64,000 bases of DNA from positions 512,001-576,000 of the forward strand of contig JAWLHJ010000005.1 in NCBI GenBank assembly GCA_041690395.1, read 5' to 3'. Shown here piece by piece: positions 36,621 through 47,217 of the stretch. The notes under the pieces were generated by a model. The model was given only the letters and a program-made list of their open reading frames with translations, had not been told where the DNA came from and did not search any database. A program made the translations under genes and the position numbers. The number at the start of each line of letters is the position of its first letter. The stretch's first letter is position 1. The stretch is from Longimicrobiales bacterium. GTDB lineage: Bacteria; Gemmatimonadota; Gemmatimonadetes; Longimicrobiales; Gaopeijiaceae.

Positions 36621-39249
36621 GCGGACGGCCGCCCGGTTGTACCGGGTCCTCCTGCTGGCTTTTCCGTCGGACTTCCGTCGCGACTGCGGGGACGAGATGA
36701 CCCGCTTGTTCGTGGACCGGCTGGACGACACCGCGGGCCGGCCGGCCCGCGCGGGTCTCTGGGTCCGGGCGGTGCTGGACGTGGTGGTGCAGGCGGGCGC
36801 CGAGTGGACGCACGGGGTGACGAGACTTTCCAGGGAGGGGATGGCGATGGGTGGATGGGTGCAGGACATTCGGCTGGCACTGCGCGGCCTGAGGAAGCGG
36901 CCGGGCTTCACGGCGGCGGCGGCGGGGACTTTGGCGCTGGGCCTCGGCGTCGTGGTGGCGCTCTTCAGCGTTGTGGACGCGGTGCTCCTTCGGCCGCTGC
37001 CGTATCCCGACTCGGAAGAGCTGGTCGTGTTCTGGAAGGTCGGTACCGAGGACGGCGAGCGCGGACGCTCCGTGGACCACCCGGATCTCGACGCGTGGTC
37101 CGAGGGCGTGCCCGGCCTGCAGGTCCTCGGCTACGCTTCCAGCCAACCCACGCTGCTCCTGGGCGGCGCGGCCGAGGTCGTGACGGTGGCGCGGGTCACC
37201 GGCGCACCTCTGGGGACGTTCGGCGTGGCGCCGTTCCTCGGTCGTGATCTCTCACGGGCCGACGACGTCCCCGCCGGACCACGCGTGGCCGTGCTGTCCC
37301 ATGCGTTCTGGAGCACACGGCTGGGCGCCGCCCCCGACGTCGTGGGCACCTCCCTGACTCTGGGAGGCGAGCCGTGGGAGATCGTCGGCGTGGCGCCGGA
37401 AGGGTTCGCGTTTCCCGGCCGCCCGGACCTCTGGATGCCTCGTCTGCACCCGGCGGAGGGATGCCACCACGGCTGCAACATCATGGTCGCCGCGGGACGG
37501 CTTCCCGAAGGGATGGACGTGGCCGCCGTGGAGGAGCGGCTACGGGCCGTGGACGCCCGTCTGGCGGAGGCGTTTCCCGAGCAGCACGAGGACGTGGTCA
37601 CCGAGCTCCAGTCCATGCACGAGCACGACGTCGCCGATGTGCGCTCGGCGCTCTGGGTGCTCATGGGAGCGGTGGCGCTTGTGCTGCTCATCGCGTGCGC
37701 CAACGTGGCGAATCTCATGATCGTCAGGGGAGCGGGGCGGAGCGGCGAGATGGCCGTCCGCGCCACCTTGGGCGCGAGCCGCGGCCGGCTGGTCCGGCAG
37801 CTCTTGGCCGAGGCGCTGGTGCTGGCGGGGATGGCCGGAGCGCTCGGGACCGTGCTGGCGTTCTGGGGCATCGACGCCCTGGTGGGCATGGCGCCCGAGG
37901 GCCTGCCCCGCATGGACGAGGTGGCGCTGGACCCCCGAGCCCTGGGGTTCGCGGCGCTCCTCGTGCTGCTGGTGACCGTGGTGTTCGGGTTGCTGCCCGC
38001 TCGCCGGGCATCTCGCGTGGCGCCGGCGTCTTTCCTGCACGGCGGGACGCGGGTGGAGGGCGGACGCCGGAGCGGCTGGTCGCGCTCGCTCCTTCTAAGT
38101 GGTGAGGTGGCGCTGTCCCTCGTGCTGCTTCTGGGTGCGGGCCTCATGCTCCGGACGCTGACGGAGATCCGCGCCGTGGAGCTGGGCTACCAGGTGGAGG
38201 ACATCGAGCGGTTCCGGCTCTCCACGCCGGAGAGTCGCTACGACACCGAAGAGACGCTGCGCTTCTTCAGCGAGCTGGAGGATCGGCTGGCCGCCCTCCC
38301 GTCCGTGGAGGCCGCCGGCCACGCCTTCGGCGTGCCCTTCGCCCCGGGCTCCATGACCATCGGCATCGAGCTCCGGAGTCGCCCCGACGCGGAGCCCGCT
38401 CCGGTGGGTCTGCGCCCCGCGAGCCGCGGGTACCTCGAGACCTTGCGGATTCCCCTGGTCCGGGGGCGCTGGTTCACCGAGGACGATGTCCACGAGGCCG
38501 AGGCCGTGGCCGTGGTGAACGAATCGGCCGCCCGCGTGCTCTTCCCGGACGGCTCCCCACTGGGGGAGCGTGTCTCGGTCTCCGCGAGCTGGGGCTTCGA
38601 CAAGGAGCCCGACTGGACCATCGTGGGCGTGGTCGGCGATACCCGGGTATCCGACGCCACCCGGCCCGACATCCCCACCATCTACCTGCCAAACGCCCAG
38701 TTCGGCGTCAACATCGCGTACTTCACCGTGCGTCGGGCTCCAGGGGCCCTCTCGGTGCTGCCTGCCGCCCGGCAGCTTCTCGCCGACATGGACCCGGAGC
38801 TGGCCATCACCCGCGAGGAGTCCCTGGTGGACGCGGTAGCGCGGGAGACTGCGTCCACCCGCTTCTACATGACCCTGCTGGGCGTCTTCTCCGTGCTGGC
38901 GGTGGTGCTGGCGGCCGTGGGTCTCTACGGGGTCGTCGCCTACTCGGTGAGCCGGCGGGTGCGCGAGATCGGCATCCGCAGGGCGTTGGGCGCACGGGCC
39001 GAAGACGTGGTGGGGCTGGTGGTTCGGCAGGGTGTGGCGCCCGCGCTCCTCGGGGTTGCCGTGGGCCTCGTCGCCTCGTGGTTCGGCGCCCGGACCATGG
39101 GCGCGCTTCTCTATGGCGTCGAGCCGGGTGATCCCCTGACCCTGGCCGGCGTGACCGCGCTGCTCCTGCTCGTGGTGCTGGTCGCCTCCCTCGTGCCGGC
39201 CCGGCGCGCCGCCGCCATCCACCCGGGAAGTGCTTTACGGGAAGAGTGA
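36613..39249 (+). CDS. ADOP-type duplicated MacB/FtsX ABC permease with N-terminal extension
   Basis: LYRVLLLAFPSDFR N-terminal domain, QDIRLALRGL, LLIACANVANL, GLYGVVAYSVSRRVREIGIR; overlaps the padR stop. Confidence 0.9.
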   Translation: MAERTAARLYRVLLLAFPSDFRRDCGDEMTRLFVDRLDDTAGRPARAGLWVRAVLDVVVQAGAEWTHGVTRLSREGMAMGGWVQDIRLALRGLRKRPGFTAAAAGTLALGLGVVVALFSVVDAVLLRPLPYPDSEELVVFWKVGTEDGERGRSVDHPDLDAWSEGVPGLQVLGYASSQPTLLLGGAAEVVTVARVTGAPLGTFGVAPFLGRDLSRADDVPAGPRVAVLSHAFWSTRLGAAPDVVGTSLTLGGEPWEIVGVAPEGFAFPGRPDLWMPRLHPAEGCHHGCNIMVAAGRLPEGMDVAAVEERLRAVDARLAEAFPEQHEDVVTELQSMHEHDVADVRSALWVLMGAVALVLLIACANVANLMIVRGAGRSGEMAVRATLGASRGRLVRQLLAEALVLAGMAGALGTVLAFWGIDALVGMAPEGLPRMDEVALDPRALGFAALLVLLVTVVFGLLPARRASRVAPASFLHGGTRVEGGRRSGWSRSLLLSGEVALSLVLLLGAGLMLRTLTEIRAVELGYQVEDIERFRLSTPESRYDTEETLRFFSELEDRLAALPSVEAAGHAFGVPFAPGSMTIGIELRSRPDAEPAPVGLRPASRGYLETLRIPLVRGRWFTEDDVHEAEAVAVVNESAARVLFPDGSPLGERVSVSASWGFDKEPDWTIVGVVGDTRVSDATRPDIPTIYLPNAQFGVNIAYFTVRRAPGALSVLPAARQLLADMDPELAITREESLVDAVARETASTRFYMTLLGVFSVLAVVLAAVGLYGVVAYSVSRRVREIGIRRALGARAEDVVGLVVRQGVAPALLGVAVGLVASWFGARTMGALLYGVEPGDPLTLAGVTALLLLVVLVASLVPARRAAAIHPGSALREE

Positions 39250-39297
39250 GCCGCTGGTGTCGGCCGGCGCCGGGGCCGCGCCCGCCGCCGGCCTCCC

Positions 39298-41349
39298 TCA
39301 ATCGATGAGCACGCGTTCCAGCTCCCCCCGGACCCCGTCCGCGTCGGTGACCGGCAGGTAGCAGGCGTACGCCCTGCAGACGTAGGCCGCCGGCCGGCCG
39401 TCGACGAGCCCCCGGTCGGCGAGGAGCGGCACACCGGGCACGTCGACCTCGGGTGCGCGGCCGACCACGGTGAGCGCGGGAAGATACGCCTGGTGGGCCG
39501 CGCGGATCAGCGCCCGGGTCGCGTCGGTCGACAGGTCTCCGACGACCGCCACCTCGACCGGTAGCGCCCGCGCGCGGTCCAGCGCCGAGAGCATACGGCC
39601 GAAGGCCGTCCCGAAGCGCTGAAGGGCTCCGACGTGGGTGGAGAAGGTCTCCTCGGCGATCTCGCGGTAGCGCGGCTCGTCGAACACGTGGCCGGCACGG
39701 ACGAACAGCTCCGCCGCGAGCGAGGGGCCGGAGGGCGTGGCCCCGTCCGTCGAGTCCCGTGGCCGGACCACCAGCGCCTCCCCGTCGTCGGGGGCATCGA
39801 AAAGGAGCCCGGTCTCCGGGTCCCGGAACCGCGCCAGGATCTCCTCGCAGCACCAGCGCGCACGCTCGAGCCACCGCGGACCGAGCGTGGCCGCGTGGAG
39901 CGATAGGGCCGCGTTGCCCAGGGCGGCGTGATCCTCCAGGAAGGCGGGCACCTTCGCCTCACCGTCCTTGAAGACCCGCAGGAGCCGCTCTCCGTCGAAC
40001 AGGCGATCCTCCAGGAACCCCGCAGCCTCCACCGCGGCGTCGATCCAGTCCTCGCGCCCGAGCGTCGCGCCCGCCTCCGCCAGCGCCCGGATCGTCATCG
40101 CGTTCCACGACACCAGGATCTTCTCGTCCCGGAACGGCGCCTCCCGCTTCGCCCGCGCCTCGAGCAGCCGCGCGCGGTCCTCGGCCAACCGCGCTCGCAG
40201 CTCGTCCTCGCCGACGCCCTCTTCCCCGGCGACCTCGGCCGGTTCGCGTGTCACGTGCAGGATCGAGCGGCCCTCGAAGTTGCCGCCCCGCGTCACTCCG
40301 TACACCTCCGCGAACACCCGGGCCCGGTCGGCGCCGAGCACCGTATCGAGCTCGCCCGGCTTCCAGACGTAGAACACCCCTTCCTCCCCCTCCGAGTCGG
40401 CGTCGCGGGCGGTGTAGAACCCGCCGTCGGGCGAGCGGAGGTCCGTGAGCACGTCGCCGAGCACTTCCTCGACGACGGCGCGGAGGTCCGCCTCCCCGGT
40501 CAGGCGGTACGCGTCGAGGTACAGCCGCGCGAGGAGCGCGTTGTCGTACAGCATCTTCTCGAAGTGCGGCACGAGCCACCGGTCATCGACCGAGTAGCGG
40601 TGGAAGCCGCCGGCGAGCTGATCCCGCATCCCACCCGCGGCCATGGCCCGGAGCGTGTGGAGGAGTGACGCCTTCGCCGCCTCGTCTCCGGTCCGGGCCG
40701 CGTGGCGGAGGACGATCTCGAGGGTCACGGGCTGGGGAAACTTCGGGGCCCCGCCGTAGCCGCCATGCTCCCGGTCGTAGCGCCCAGCGAGCGCCTCGTA
40801 CGCGCCGTCGAGCAGTGCGACCCCCGCCTCGCCCGGTGTTCCCGGCTCGTTGGCCCGGGTCAACGCCTCCACCAACCGCTTCCCGCTGGCGAGCACCTCG
40901 GGGCGTCGATTCCGGTAGGCCTCGGCCACCCCGCGCAGCACCTGCTGGAACGCCGGCATCCCGTGCCGCGGCTCGGGCGGGAAGTACGTGCCGCCATAGA
41001 AGGGAACGCCGTCCGGCGTCAGCCAGACCGTGAGCGGCCATCCTCCTCCGCCGGTCATCGCCTGGACCGCCTTGATGTAGATCTGGTCGATGTCGGGTCG
41101 CTCCTCGCGGTCGACCTTCACACTCACGAAGAGCTCGTTCATGAGCGCGGCGGTCGCTTCGTCCTCGAACGACTCGCGTTCCATGACGTGGCACCAGTGG
41201 CACGCCGAGTATCCGATGGAGAGCAGGACAGCCCGGTCCAGCTCCCGGGCACGCTCGAAGGCTTCGTCGCCCCACGGGAACCAGTCCACGGGATTGTGGG
41301 CGTGCTGCTGCAGATAGGGGCTCGATTCCTGCGCGAGTCGGTTGGCCAT
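39298..41349 (-). CDS. YyaL/DUF255 thioredoxin-domain protein (SPATA20-like)
   Basis: [41 protein letters not shown] and [11 protein letters not shown] motifs. Confidence 0.92.
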   Translation of the reverse strand: MANRLAQESSPYLQQHAHNPVDWFPWGDEAFERARELDRAVLLSIGYSACHWCHVMERESFEDEATAALMNELFVSVKVDREERPDIDQIYIKAVQAMTGGGGWPLTVWLTPDGVPFYGGTYFPPEPRHGMPAFQQVLRGVAEAYRNRRPEVLASGKRLVEALTRANEPGTPGEAGVALLDGAYEALAGRYDREHGGYGGAPKFPQPVTLEIVLRHAARTGDEAAKASLLHTLRAMAAGGMRDQLAGGFHRYSVDDRWLVPHFEKMLYDNALLARLYLDAYRLTGEADLRAVVEEVLGDVLTDLRSPDGGFYTARDADSEGEEGVFYVWKPGELDTVLGADRARVFAEVYGVTRGGNFEGRSILHVTREPAEVAGEEGVGEDELRARLAEDRARLLEARAKREAPFRDEKILVSWNAMTIRALAEAGATLGREDWIDAAVEAAGFLEDRLFDGERLLRVFKDGEAKVPAFLEDHAALGNAALSLHAATLGPRWLERARWCCEEILARFRDPETGLLFDAPDDGEALVVRPRDSTDGATPSGPSLAAELFVRAGHVFDEPRYREIAEETFSTHVGALQRFGTAFGRMLSALDRARALPVEVAVVGDLSTDATRALIRAAHQAYLPALTVVGRAPEVDVPGVPLLADRGLVDGRPAAYVCRAYACYLPVTDADGVRGELERVLID

Positions 41350-41494
41350 GGGATTTCGGTTGGGGCGGGTAGCTTGAAGGTCTCGGGCGTCCCGCGAAGC
41401 GTCGGCGGGCCGGCCGTAAACAAATGTTTTCAACTTCTGGACCGGGTGATTACATTGTCACCCCCGAACCGGTATCCACCCACGCCGTAGGCAC

Positions 41495-41779
41495 GTGTCC
41501 ATCCACACCCGCATGCTGGCCCTCGCGGTCCGGCGGCCACGCACGATTCCCGCGATTCTCGGCGCCTCCTGGGCGTTCCGGGCCCGGGACTGGTACAGGC
41601 GTTTTCCGTTCCTGCCCGTGCCGCCGGCCTCGTACATGCGTTGGCGGATGGAAACGGCGTTCGGCGACCCCGACGTGGTGCCGCCCCTCGACGACCTCGA
41701 GCGATACCTGGTCTGGACCCAGAGCATGCGGCGCAGGATCGGTGGAAGCGACGCGGCGGAGGGCCCGACGCATGACTAG
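41495..41779 (+). CDS. Small hypothetical protein
   Basis: WYRRFPFLPVP..YMRWRMETAFG; overlaps the next gene's start. Confidence 0.65.
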   Translation: MSIHTRMLALAVRRPRTIPAILGASWAFRARDWYRRFPFLPVPPASYMRWRMETAFGDPDVVPPLDDLERYLVWTQSMRRRIGGSDAAEGPTHD

Positions 41780-42170
41780 GCTCGTGCTCCTCTCCGTGTT
41801 ATGTCTCCTCACATGGTACTACTTCCCCGAGTCACGGGCGATCATGCTCGAGGCCACGGAGCCGATCGTGGAGCCGCTGGTGGAGCCCATCGTCCGCCCG
41901 TTCCAGGCGTGGGGCGCCCTGGACGAGATGCACAGGATCGGGCGCAACGTGGTCTCCCACGAGCGTTTGACCGGTGAGATCCCCGACGAGGACGATGCCT
42001 GGGAGGAGTGGCTCCAGGAGCGCTACCGGGCCAGGGACGTCGGCACGGACCGCTGGGGCTCGACCTACCGGCTCGTCGTCTGGCCCGACTCCGTCGGCAT
42101 CGTCTCGTACGGACCCGACGGGATGGCCGGCACCGATGACGATCTGCAGGTCGCCATGCCCCGCGGGTAG
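41772..42170 (+). CDS. Membrane-anchored protein with a GspG/pseudopilin-like C-terminus
   Basis: N-terminal TM helix; DRWGSTY...IVSYGPDGMAGTDDDL. Confidence 0.6.
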   Translation: MTRLVLLSVLCLLTWYYFPESRAIMLEATEPIVEPLVEPIVRPFQAWGALDEMHRIGRNVVSHERLTGEIPDEDDAWEEWLQERYRARDVGTDRWGSTYRLVVWPDSVGIVSYGPDGMAGTDDDLQVAMPRG

Positions 42171-42222
42171 CGACGCCCTGCGGATCCTCGTGCAGGGCGC
42201 CTCGGGCGCCGCGGTGGCCTGA

Positions 42223-42852
42223 ATGGATCCCGTCGGCGCGTACCTCCTCGAGCTCCTGCCCCTCTACGGGCCCTGGCTCCTGTTCGCCCTCGCGGTGCTC
42301 GAGACGTGCTTCGTCACCGGGCTCGTCGTCCCGTCCGGCATGGCGACGTCCTTCGCCACGGCCCTCGCGCTGGAGGGCGAGGTCGCGCTGGCTCCGATGC
42401 TCGCGGCCGCCGGCGCGGGCGGGGCGCTGGGGGACAGCATCGGCTTCTGGATCGGCCGGACGTGGGGGAGCCGCGTGCTGGAGGGTGACAGCCGGATCGC
42501 CCGTATCGCGCGGGTACGGCACGCCCGCATGAGCCACTTCTTCGGGCGCCACCCGATCTACTCGGTGACGGTGGGTCGCCTGATCTCGTTCGCGCGCACC
42601 CTCATGCCCATGGCGGCCGGGATGAGTGAGCTCCGCTACCGGACGTTCCTCCTATACGAGGTGATCGGGCTCGTGGGGTGGGTGGCGATCTACGTGACCA
42701 TTGGATGGCTCGCGGGTGAGAGCTGGGAAGCCGTGGCGCAGTGGGTCGGCGCCGGAGGAGCGATCGCGTTCGCCGTCGCCGGGGTGATCCTCTGGGTGGT
42801 GTGGCGCGCGCGTCGGGGACCGCGCCCCGCGCCGGAGTCTTCTTCCTCATGA
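42223..42852 (+). CDS. dedA: DedA family membrane protein
   Basis: LETCFVTGLVVPS, LGDSIGFWIGR, GRLISFART...AGMS motifs. Confidence 0.88.
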   Translation: MDPVGAYLLELLPLYGPWLLFALAVLETCFVTGLVVPSGMATSFATALALEGEVALAPMLAAAGAGGALGDSIGFWIGRTWGSRVLEGDSRIARIARVRHARMSHFFGRHPIYSVTVGRLISFARTLMPMAAGMSELRYRTFLLYEVIGLVGWVAIYVTIGWLAGESWEAVAQWVGAGGAIAFAVAGVILWVVWRARRGPRPAPESSSS

Positions 42853-44111
42853 CGCTCAACGTCGCGCTCACCGGAAGCATCGCTTCGGGCAAGTCGACCG
42901 TGGCCGAGCTCTGGGCCGCCGAGGGGGTGCCCGTCGCCAGCGCGGACGACTTCGCCCGCCAGGCCGTAGCGCCGGGATCGCCCGGACTCACCGAGGTCCG
43001 CGAGCTGTTCGGGGACGCGGTGCTGACGCCCGACGGCGCGCTCGACCGGGCGGCCGTACGGAGCCGGGTGTTCCAGGACGACGACGCGCGGAGGCGCCTC
43101 GAGGCCATCATCCATCCTCGGGTGCGGGCGCTTCGCGACGCGTGGTTCGACGCCCGGGTCGCCGAGGGCCACGACATCGCCGTGTCGGAGATTCCGCTCC
43201 TGTTCGAGACCGGCATGGACGGGGCGTTCGACGTCGTCGTCCTGGTCGACGCCCCCGAGCCGGAGCGGCTTCGGCGTCTGGTCGAAGGCCGAGGGCTCGA
43301 TGCGGGCGAGGCGCGCCGCATGATGGCCGCGCAGCTCCCCGCGGACCAGAAGCGTGACCGCTCCGACCTCGTCATCGACAACGGCGGCACCCTCGAGGCC
43401 CTCGAAGCCCGGTCGCGGGAGGTGCTCGAGGAGCTGCGCGCGCGCGCCCGCCCGCCGCTCCGCATGGATCTGCACCTCCATACCGAGGGTTCGTGGGATT
43501 GCCTCTCGGACCCGGAGGCGGTGCTGAAGCGGGCACGGGCGCTCGGCTATGGACGCATCGCCATCACCGACCACAACCGGGTCCACGTCGGGCTTCGCAT
43601 GGCCGAGCTCCACCCCGGCGAGATCGTCCCGGGAGAGGAGGTGAAGACCGCCGAGGGCATCGACGTGATCGGGCTTTACCTGACCGAGGAGATCCCCAAG
43701 GGGACCCCGGCCGAGAAGACCATCGCCTGGATCCGCGAGCAGGGCGGGATTCCGTACCTCCCGCACCCGTACGCGGGCGGGAAGGGCGGCGGGGGGCGCA
43801 TGGCGGACGCACTGGCATCGCTTTGCGACGTGGTCGAGGTGTTCAACGCCCGGCTCCACGACCCGGAGTCCAACACCCGGGCCGAGGCCCTGGCGGAGCG
43901 GCACGGAACGCTCCGGGGCGCGGGATCGGACGCGCACACCGTCGGTGAGATCGGAAACGCCTTCGTCGAGCTCCCGGCGCATCCGAACGACGCGGAGGGG
44001 CTCCGGGCCGCCCTCGCCCACGCCCGGACCGGCGGCACCGAGGCATCGCGGCTCGTGCATCTGGCCTCCACCTGGGCGAAGGTGCGGAAGAAGCTGCCCG
44101 GGGGAGCCTGA
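42849..44111 (+). CDS. coaE: Dephospho-CoA kinase fused to a PHP-family phosphoesterase
   Basis: ALTGSIASGKST, LDRA, LEAIIHP, EIPLLFE, VIDN, then in frame DLHLHT, ITDHN, GEE, PHP, EVFN, GSDAH. Confidence 0.85.
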   Translation: MTLNVALTGSIASGKSTVAELWAAEGVPVASADDFARQAVAPGSPGLTEVRELFGDAVLTPDGALDRAAVRSRVFQDDDARRRLEAIIHPRVRALRDAWFDARVAEGHDIAVSEIPLLFETGMDGAFDVVVLVDAPEPERLRRLVEGRGLDAGEARRMMAAQLPADQKRDRSDLVIDNGGTLEALEARSREVLEELRARARPPLRMDLHLHTEGSWDCLSDPEAVLKRARALGYGRIAITDHNRVHVGLRMAELHPGEIVPGEEVKTAEGIDVIGLYLTEEIPKGTPAEKTIAWIREQGGIPYLPHPYAGGKGGGGRMADALASLCDVVEVFNARLHDPESNTRAEALAERHGTLRGAGSDAHTVGEIGNAFVELPAHPNDAEGLRAALAHARTGGTEASRLVHLASTWAKVRKKLPGGA

Positions 44112-44283
44112 CCGCGTCCGCGGAGCGGGCGGCATCGACTGAGCCGGCCCCCGTGCTCAACCACCGCCCTCGGCCCGGTCACGGGGCGGGCCGTAGCGTC
44201 CGAACGCGGTTTTTCGGTATCTTGCGGCCTCGCGGGGCCGCTCCGTCGGCCCGATCTCGTCATCTTCAGGGTCAGGAGTCGGA

Positions 44284-45315
44284 GTGAGCTATCGGACGCC
44301 CTCGAGCAGGGTGCCCGCGGTCATGGCGGCGAGAAATGCGCTCCTGGCTTCGCGGCGGGCGATCCTCACGACCCACCTGAACGCCGACGGCGACGGCGCC
44401 GGCTGCGAGTGCGCGCTGGCGTCGTGGATGCGCGCCAACGGCACCGAGGCTTGGATCATCAACCCGACGCCGTTTCCGGACGGATTCCGCTTCCTGGCGG
44501 AGTCGGAGGACTGGATCGTGCACGCGGGGTCGAGCCGCGCCCGGGACCTCTGCGGGTCCGCCGACCTCGCCGTCGTGCTCGACACCGGCGAGATCCCCCG
44601 GATCGGGCGGGTGCGGGATCTGATCCGCGACCTGCCGACCCTGGTCGTGGACCACCACCCGCCCGGCGATCACGCCATCGGCGGCATGTCGCTTCGTGAC
44701 CCGGCGGCATGCGCGACGGGCGAGCTGCTCTACGACCTGATCACGGCGGCGAAGGGCCCCTGGACGGATCACGTGGCGCTCGGCATCTACGTCGCCATCC
44801 TGACCGATACCGGCGGGTTCCGCTTCACGAACGCCACGCCGGAGAGCCACCTCATCGCCGCGGACCTCATCGATCGCGGCGTGAACCCCGAGACCACCTA
44901 CGAGCGGATCTACGGATCGGCGCCGCTGCGCCGGTTCGCGCTGCTGCGGGAGGCCCTCGACACGCTCGAGCACGACGCCGACGCGGGCATCTCCTGGATG
45001 GTCGTGCCGACCGAGGCGTACGAGCGGGTCGGTGCCACGCCGGAGGATCTCGAGGGGATGGTCGACGTGCCACGGACGATCGCCGGGACCAAGGTCGCGC
45101 TCCTCTTCCGCGGAACGTCGACGGGCGACATCAAGGTGTCGTTCCGCTCGAGCGGCGAGGTCGACGTGAACGCGCTCGCACGCCGGTGGGAAGGGGGCGG
45201 GCACGTGAAGGCATCGGGCGCGATGCTTCCGGGGCCGATGCAGCGCGCCATGGACGAGGTGCTTGCGGCCGCGCGGGACGTGGTGGCGAGCGCCGTCGGA
45301 GGAGGGCGGGCGTGA
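44284..45315 (+). CDS. nrnA: DHH/DHHA1 oligoribonuclease / pAp phosphatase
   Basis: THLNADGD, VVDHH, ILTDTGGFRF, KVSFRS and GGGH motifs. Confidence 0.9.
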   Translation: MSYRTPSSRVPAVMAARNALLASRRAILTTHLNADGDGAGCECALASWMRANGTEAWIINPTPFPDGFRFLAESEDWIVHAGSSRARDLCGSADLAVVLDTGEIPRIGRVRDLIRDLPTLVVDHHPPGDHAIGGMSLRDPAACATGELLYDLITAAKGPWTDHVALGIYVAILTDTGGFRFTNATPESHLIAADLIDRGVNPETTYERIYGSAPLRRFALLREALDTLEHDADAGISWMVVPTEAYERVGATPEDLEGMVDVPRTIAGTKVALLFRGTSTGDIKVSFRSSGEVDVNALARRWEGGGHVKASGAMLPGPMQRAMDEVLAAARDVVASAVGGGRA

Positions 45316-45349
45316 CCCGCGCGCCGGCACCGCCGACCCGGGCTCCGCG

Positions 45350-45793
45350 ATGACGCGGGCGGTCGACGGCGGCCGCGACTCCGACCCTGGAGTCCCCGAG
45401 GCGATCCCCCGCGTGCTCATCCGCGTGAGGGACCAGCTCGGCGTGCCCAGCATCGACCGCATGTGGATTTTCCCTCCCGTCCGCAAAGGCCGACGGGAAC
45501 AGGGACTCGTCGCGGTTAGTACTTTCCTCGACGACGCCGACGACCGCAGGAGCATGGTCACGGTCGCGTACGTGGCCGAGCACACCGGCAAGGGTGTGAC
45601 GGTCACCCCTTCGCTGACGCGGGAGGGCGACGCGCCGCCGGACCGTTTTCCGGGCGTGATCGAAGGTGTCGTGCGCCGGAGCGGCGACGAGCTGGGCGAG
45701 CCCCGCGAAGTCGAGATCGACGGCGACCCGGCCCGATTCGAGGAGCTCCTGGAGGAGTTCGACACGGCGTTCTTGAGGGCGATGGAATCGTGA
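45350..45793 (+). CDS. Hypothetical protein
   Basis: ORF with host-like codon usage; stop overlaps the fur start (GTGA); start uncertain. Confidence 0.6.
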   Translation: MTRAVDGGRDSDPGVPEAIPRVLIRVRDQLGVPSIDRMWIFPPVRKGRREQGLVAVSTFLDDADDRRSMVTVAYVAEHTGKGVTVTPSLTREGDAPPDRFPGVIEGVVRRSGDELGEPREVEIDGDPARFEELLEEFDTAFLRAMES

Positions 45794-46290
45794 GCACATC
45801 AACCGTAAGCGATCCGTTCACGCGGCTGTTCGGCCGCTATCTGCGCGACCAGGGGCTGCCGGTCACCCAGCAGCGCGAGGTCGTCGCGGACGTCGTGTTC
45901 GGCTCGGACGCGCACCTGTCCGTGGACGACATCGAGCGCGAGATCCGCTCTCGCGGCGAGCGCATCGGCAAGGCCACGATCTACCGCACCCTCGACCTTC
46001 TGGTCCGCAGCCGGCTCGTCGAGGAGCACGACTTCGGCGAGGGCTTCAAGCGGTACGAGCACCGCCTCTCGCGCCATCCGGTGCACGAGCACCTCATCTG
46101 CCTGGAGTGCGCCAGTGTCACCGAGTTCGAGAGCTCGGAGATGTACTCGGTCGAGAACCGCGTGCGCAGGGAGCACGGGTTCACGCCCGTGAGGCATCGC
46201 TTGGAGATCTACGGCCTGTGCGAGACTTGCCGGGAAGCCGGAGTCGAGCTTCCCAACGACGGACTCACCTGTCCCATCGAGACGGTTTGA
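45790..46290 (+). CDS. fur: Fur family metal-responsive regulator
   Basis: TQQR, HLSVDDI, ATIYRTL, HEHLICLEC and YGLCETC motifs. Confidence 0.9.
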   Translation: MSTSTVSDPFTRLFGRYLRDQGLPVTQQREVVADVVFGSDAHLSVDDIEREIRSRGERIGKATIYRTLDLLVRSRLVEEHDFGEGFKRYEHRLSRHPVHEHLICLECASVTEFESSEMYSVENRVRREHGFTPVRHRLEIYGLCETCREAGVELPNDGLTCPIETV

Positions 46291-47204
46291 TCGACGCGCT
46301 GAAGGACCTCCCCTGGGAGCCGCCCCACACCTTCCTCGGCCTCGATGGCAAGGACGCCGCGTTCGACGAGGCCCGCTCCGTCATCCTGCCGGTGCCCTAC
46401 GAGTCCACGACGTCGTACGGCGGCGGGACCCGGAACGGCCCCGGCGCCATCGTCGACGCGTCGCGCTACATCGAGCTGTACGACCAGGAGCTCGGGTGCG
46501 AGGCCGCGCTCCGCTACGGGGTGCACACGCTCCCGCAGCTCCACCTCACCCAGGCCGGGGCGGAGCATGCGATGGCCGAGCTGCAGGCGTCGTACGCGCG
46601 GGTGGCCGAGGCCGCCGGCGACCGCTTTCTGCTCATGCTCGGCGGCGAGCACTCGGTGACCGGCCCCGCCGTCCTGGCCCAGGCGGACCGCTCGGACGAG
46701 CGGCTCACCGTGCTGCAGATGGACGCCCATGGAGACCTCCGCACCAGCTACGAGGGCACGCCCCACTCGCATGCCGCGGTCATGGCTCGCGTCCTGGACC
46801 GGGCCGACGTCGTCGGGGTCGGCATTCGCGCCATCTGCGCCGAGGAGCGCGAGCTCTCCGACCGCACGCCCGGATCGACGCTGATCTGGGCCGACGAGAT
46901 GTGGGAGGACGACAGCTGGATGGACCGCGCCCTCGAAGCACTCGGGCCGCGGGTGTATCTCACCTTCGACGTGGATTACTTCGACCCGTCGCTGATTCCG
47001 TCGACCGGCACGCCGGAGCCGGGGGGCGGCGACTGGTACCGGACGCTTCGCTTCCTGAAGCGGGTCTTCGCCGAGCGGGACGTGGTCGCTGCGGACGTCG
47101 TGGAGCTCGCGCCGATCCCCGGAAACCACGCGCCCGACTTCCTCGTGGCGAAGCTCGTCTACAAGCTCCTGTCGTACCGGTTCCAGGGCGACTTGCGGGG
47201 CTGA
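46287..47204 (+). CDS. speB: Agmatinase (ureohydrolase)
   Basis: VPYESTTSY, LGGEHS, MDAHGD, TFDVDYFDP and TGTPEPGG motifs; TTG start overlaps the fur stop. Confidence 0.9.
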   Translation: MIDALKDLPWEPPHTFLGLDGKDAAFDEARSVILPVPYESTTSYGGGTRNGPGAIVDASRYIELYDQELGCEAALRYGVHTLPQLHLTQAGAEHAMAELQASYARVAEAAGDRFLLMLGGEHSVTGPAVLAQADRSDERLTVLQMDAHGDLRTSYEGTPHSHAAVMARVLDRADVVGVGIRAICAEERELSDRTPGSTLIWADEMWEDDSWMDRALEALGPRVYLTFDVDYFDPSLIPSTGTPEPGGGDWYRTLRFLKRVFAERDVVAADVVELAPIPGNHAPDFLVAKLVYKLLSYRFQGDLRG

Positions 47205-47217
47205 GAGCCCCGGGTCC

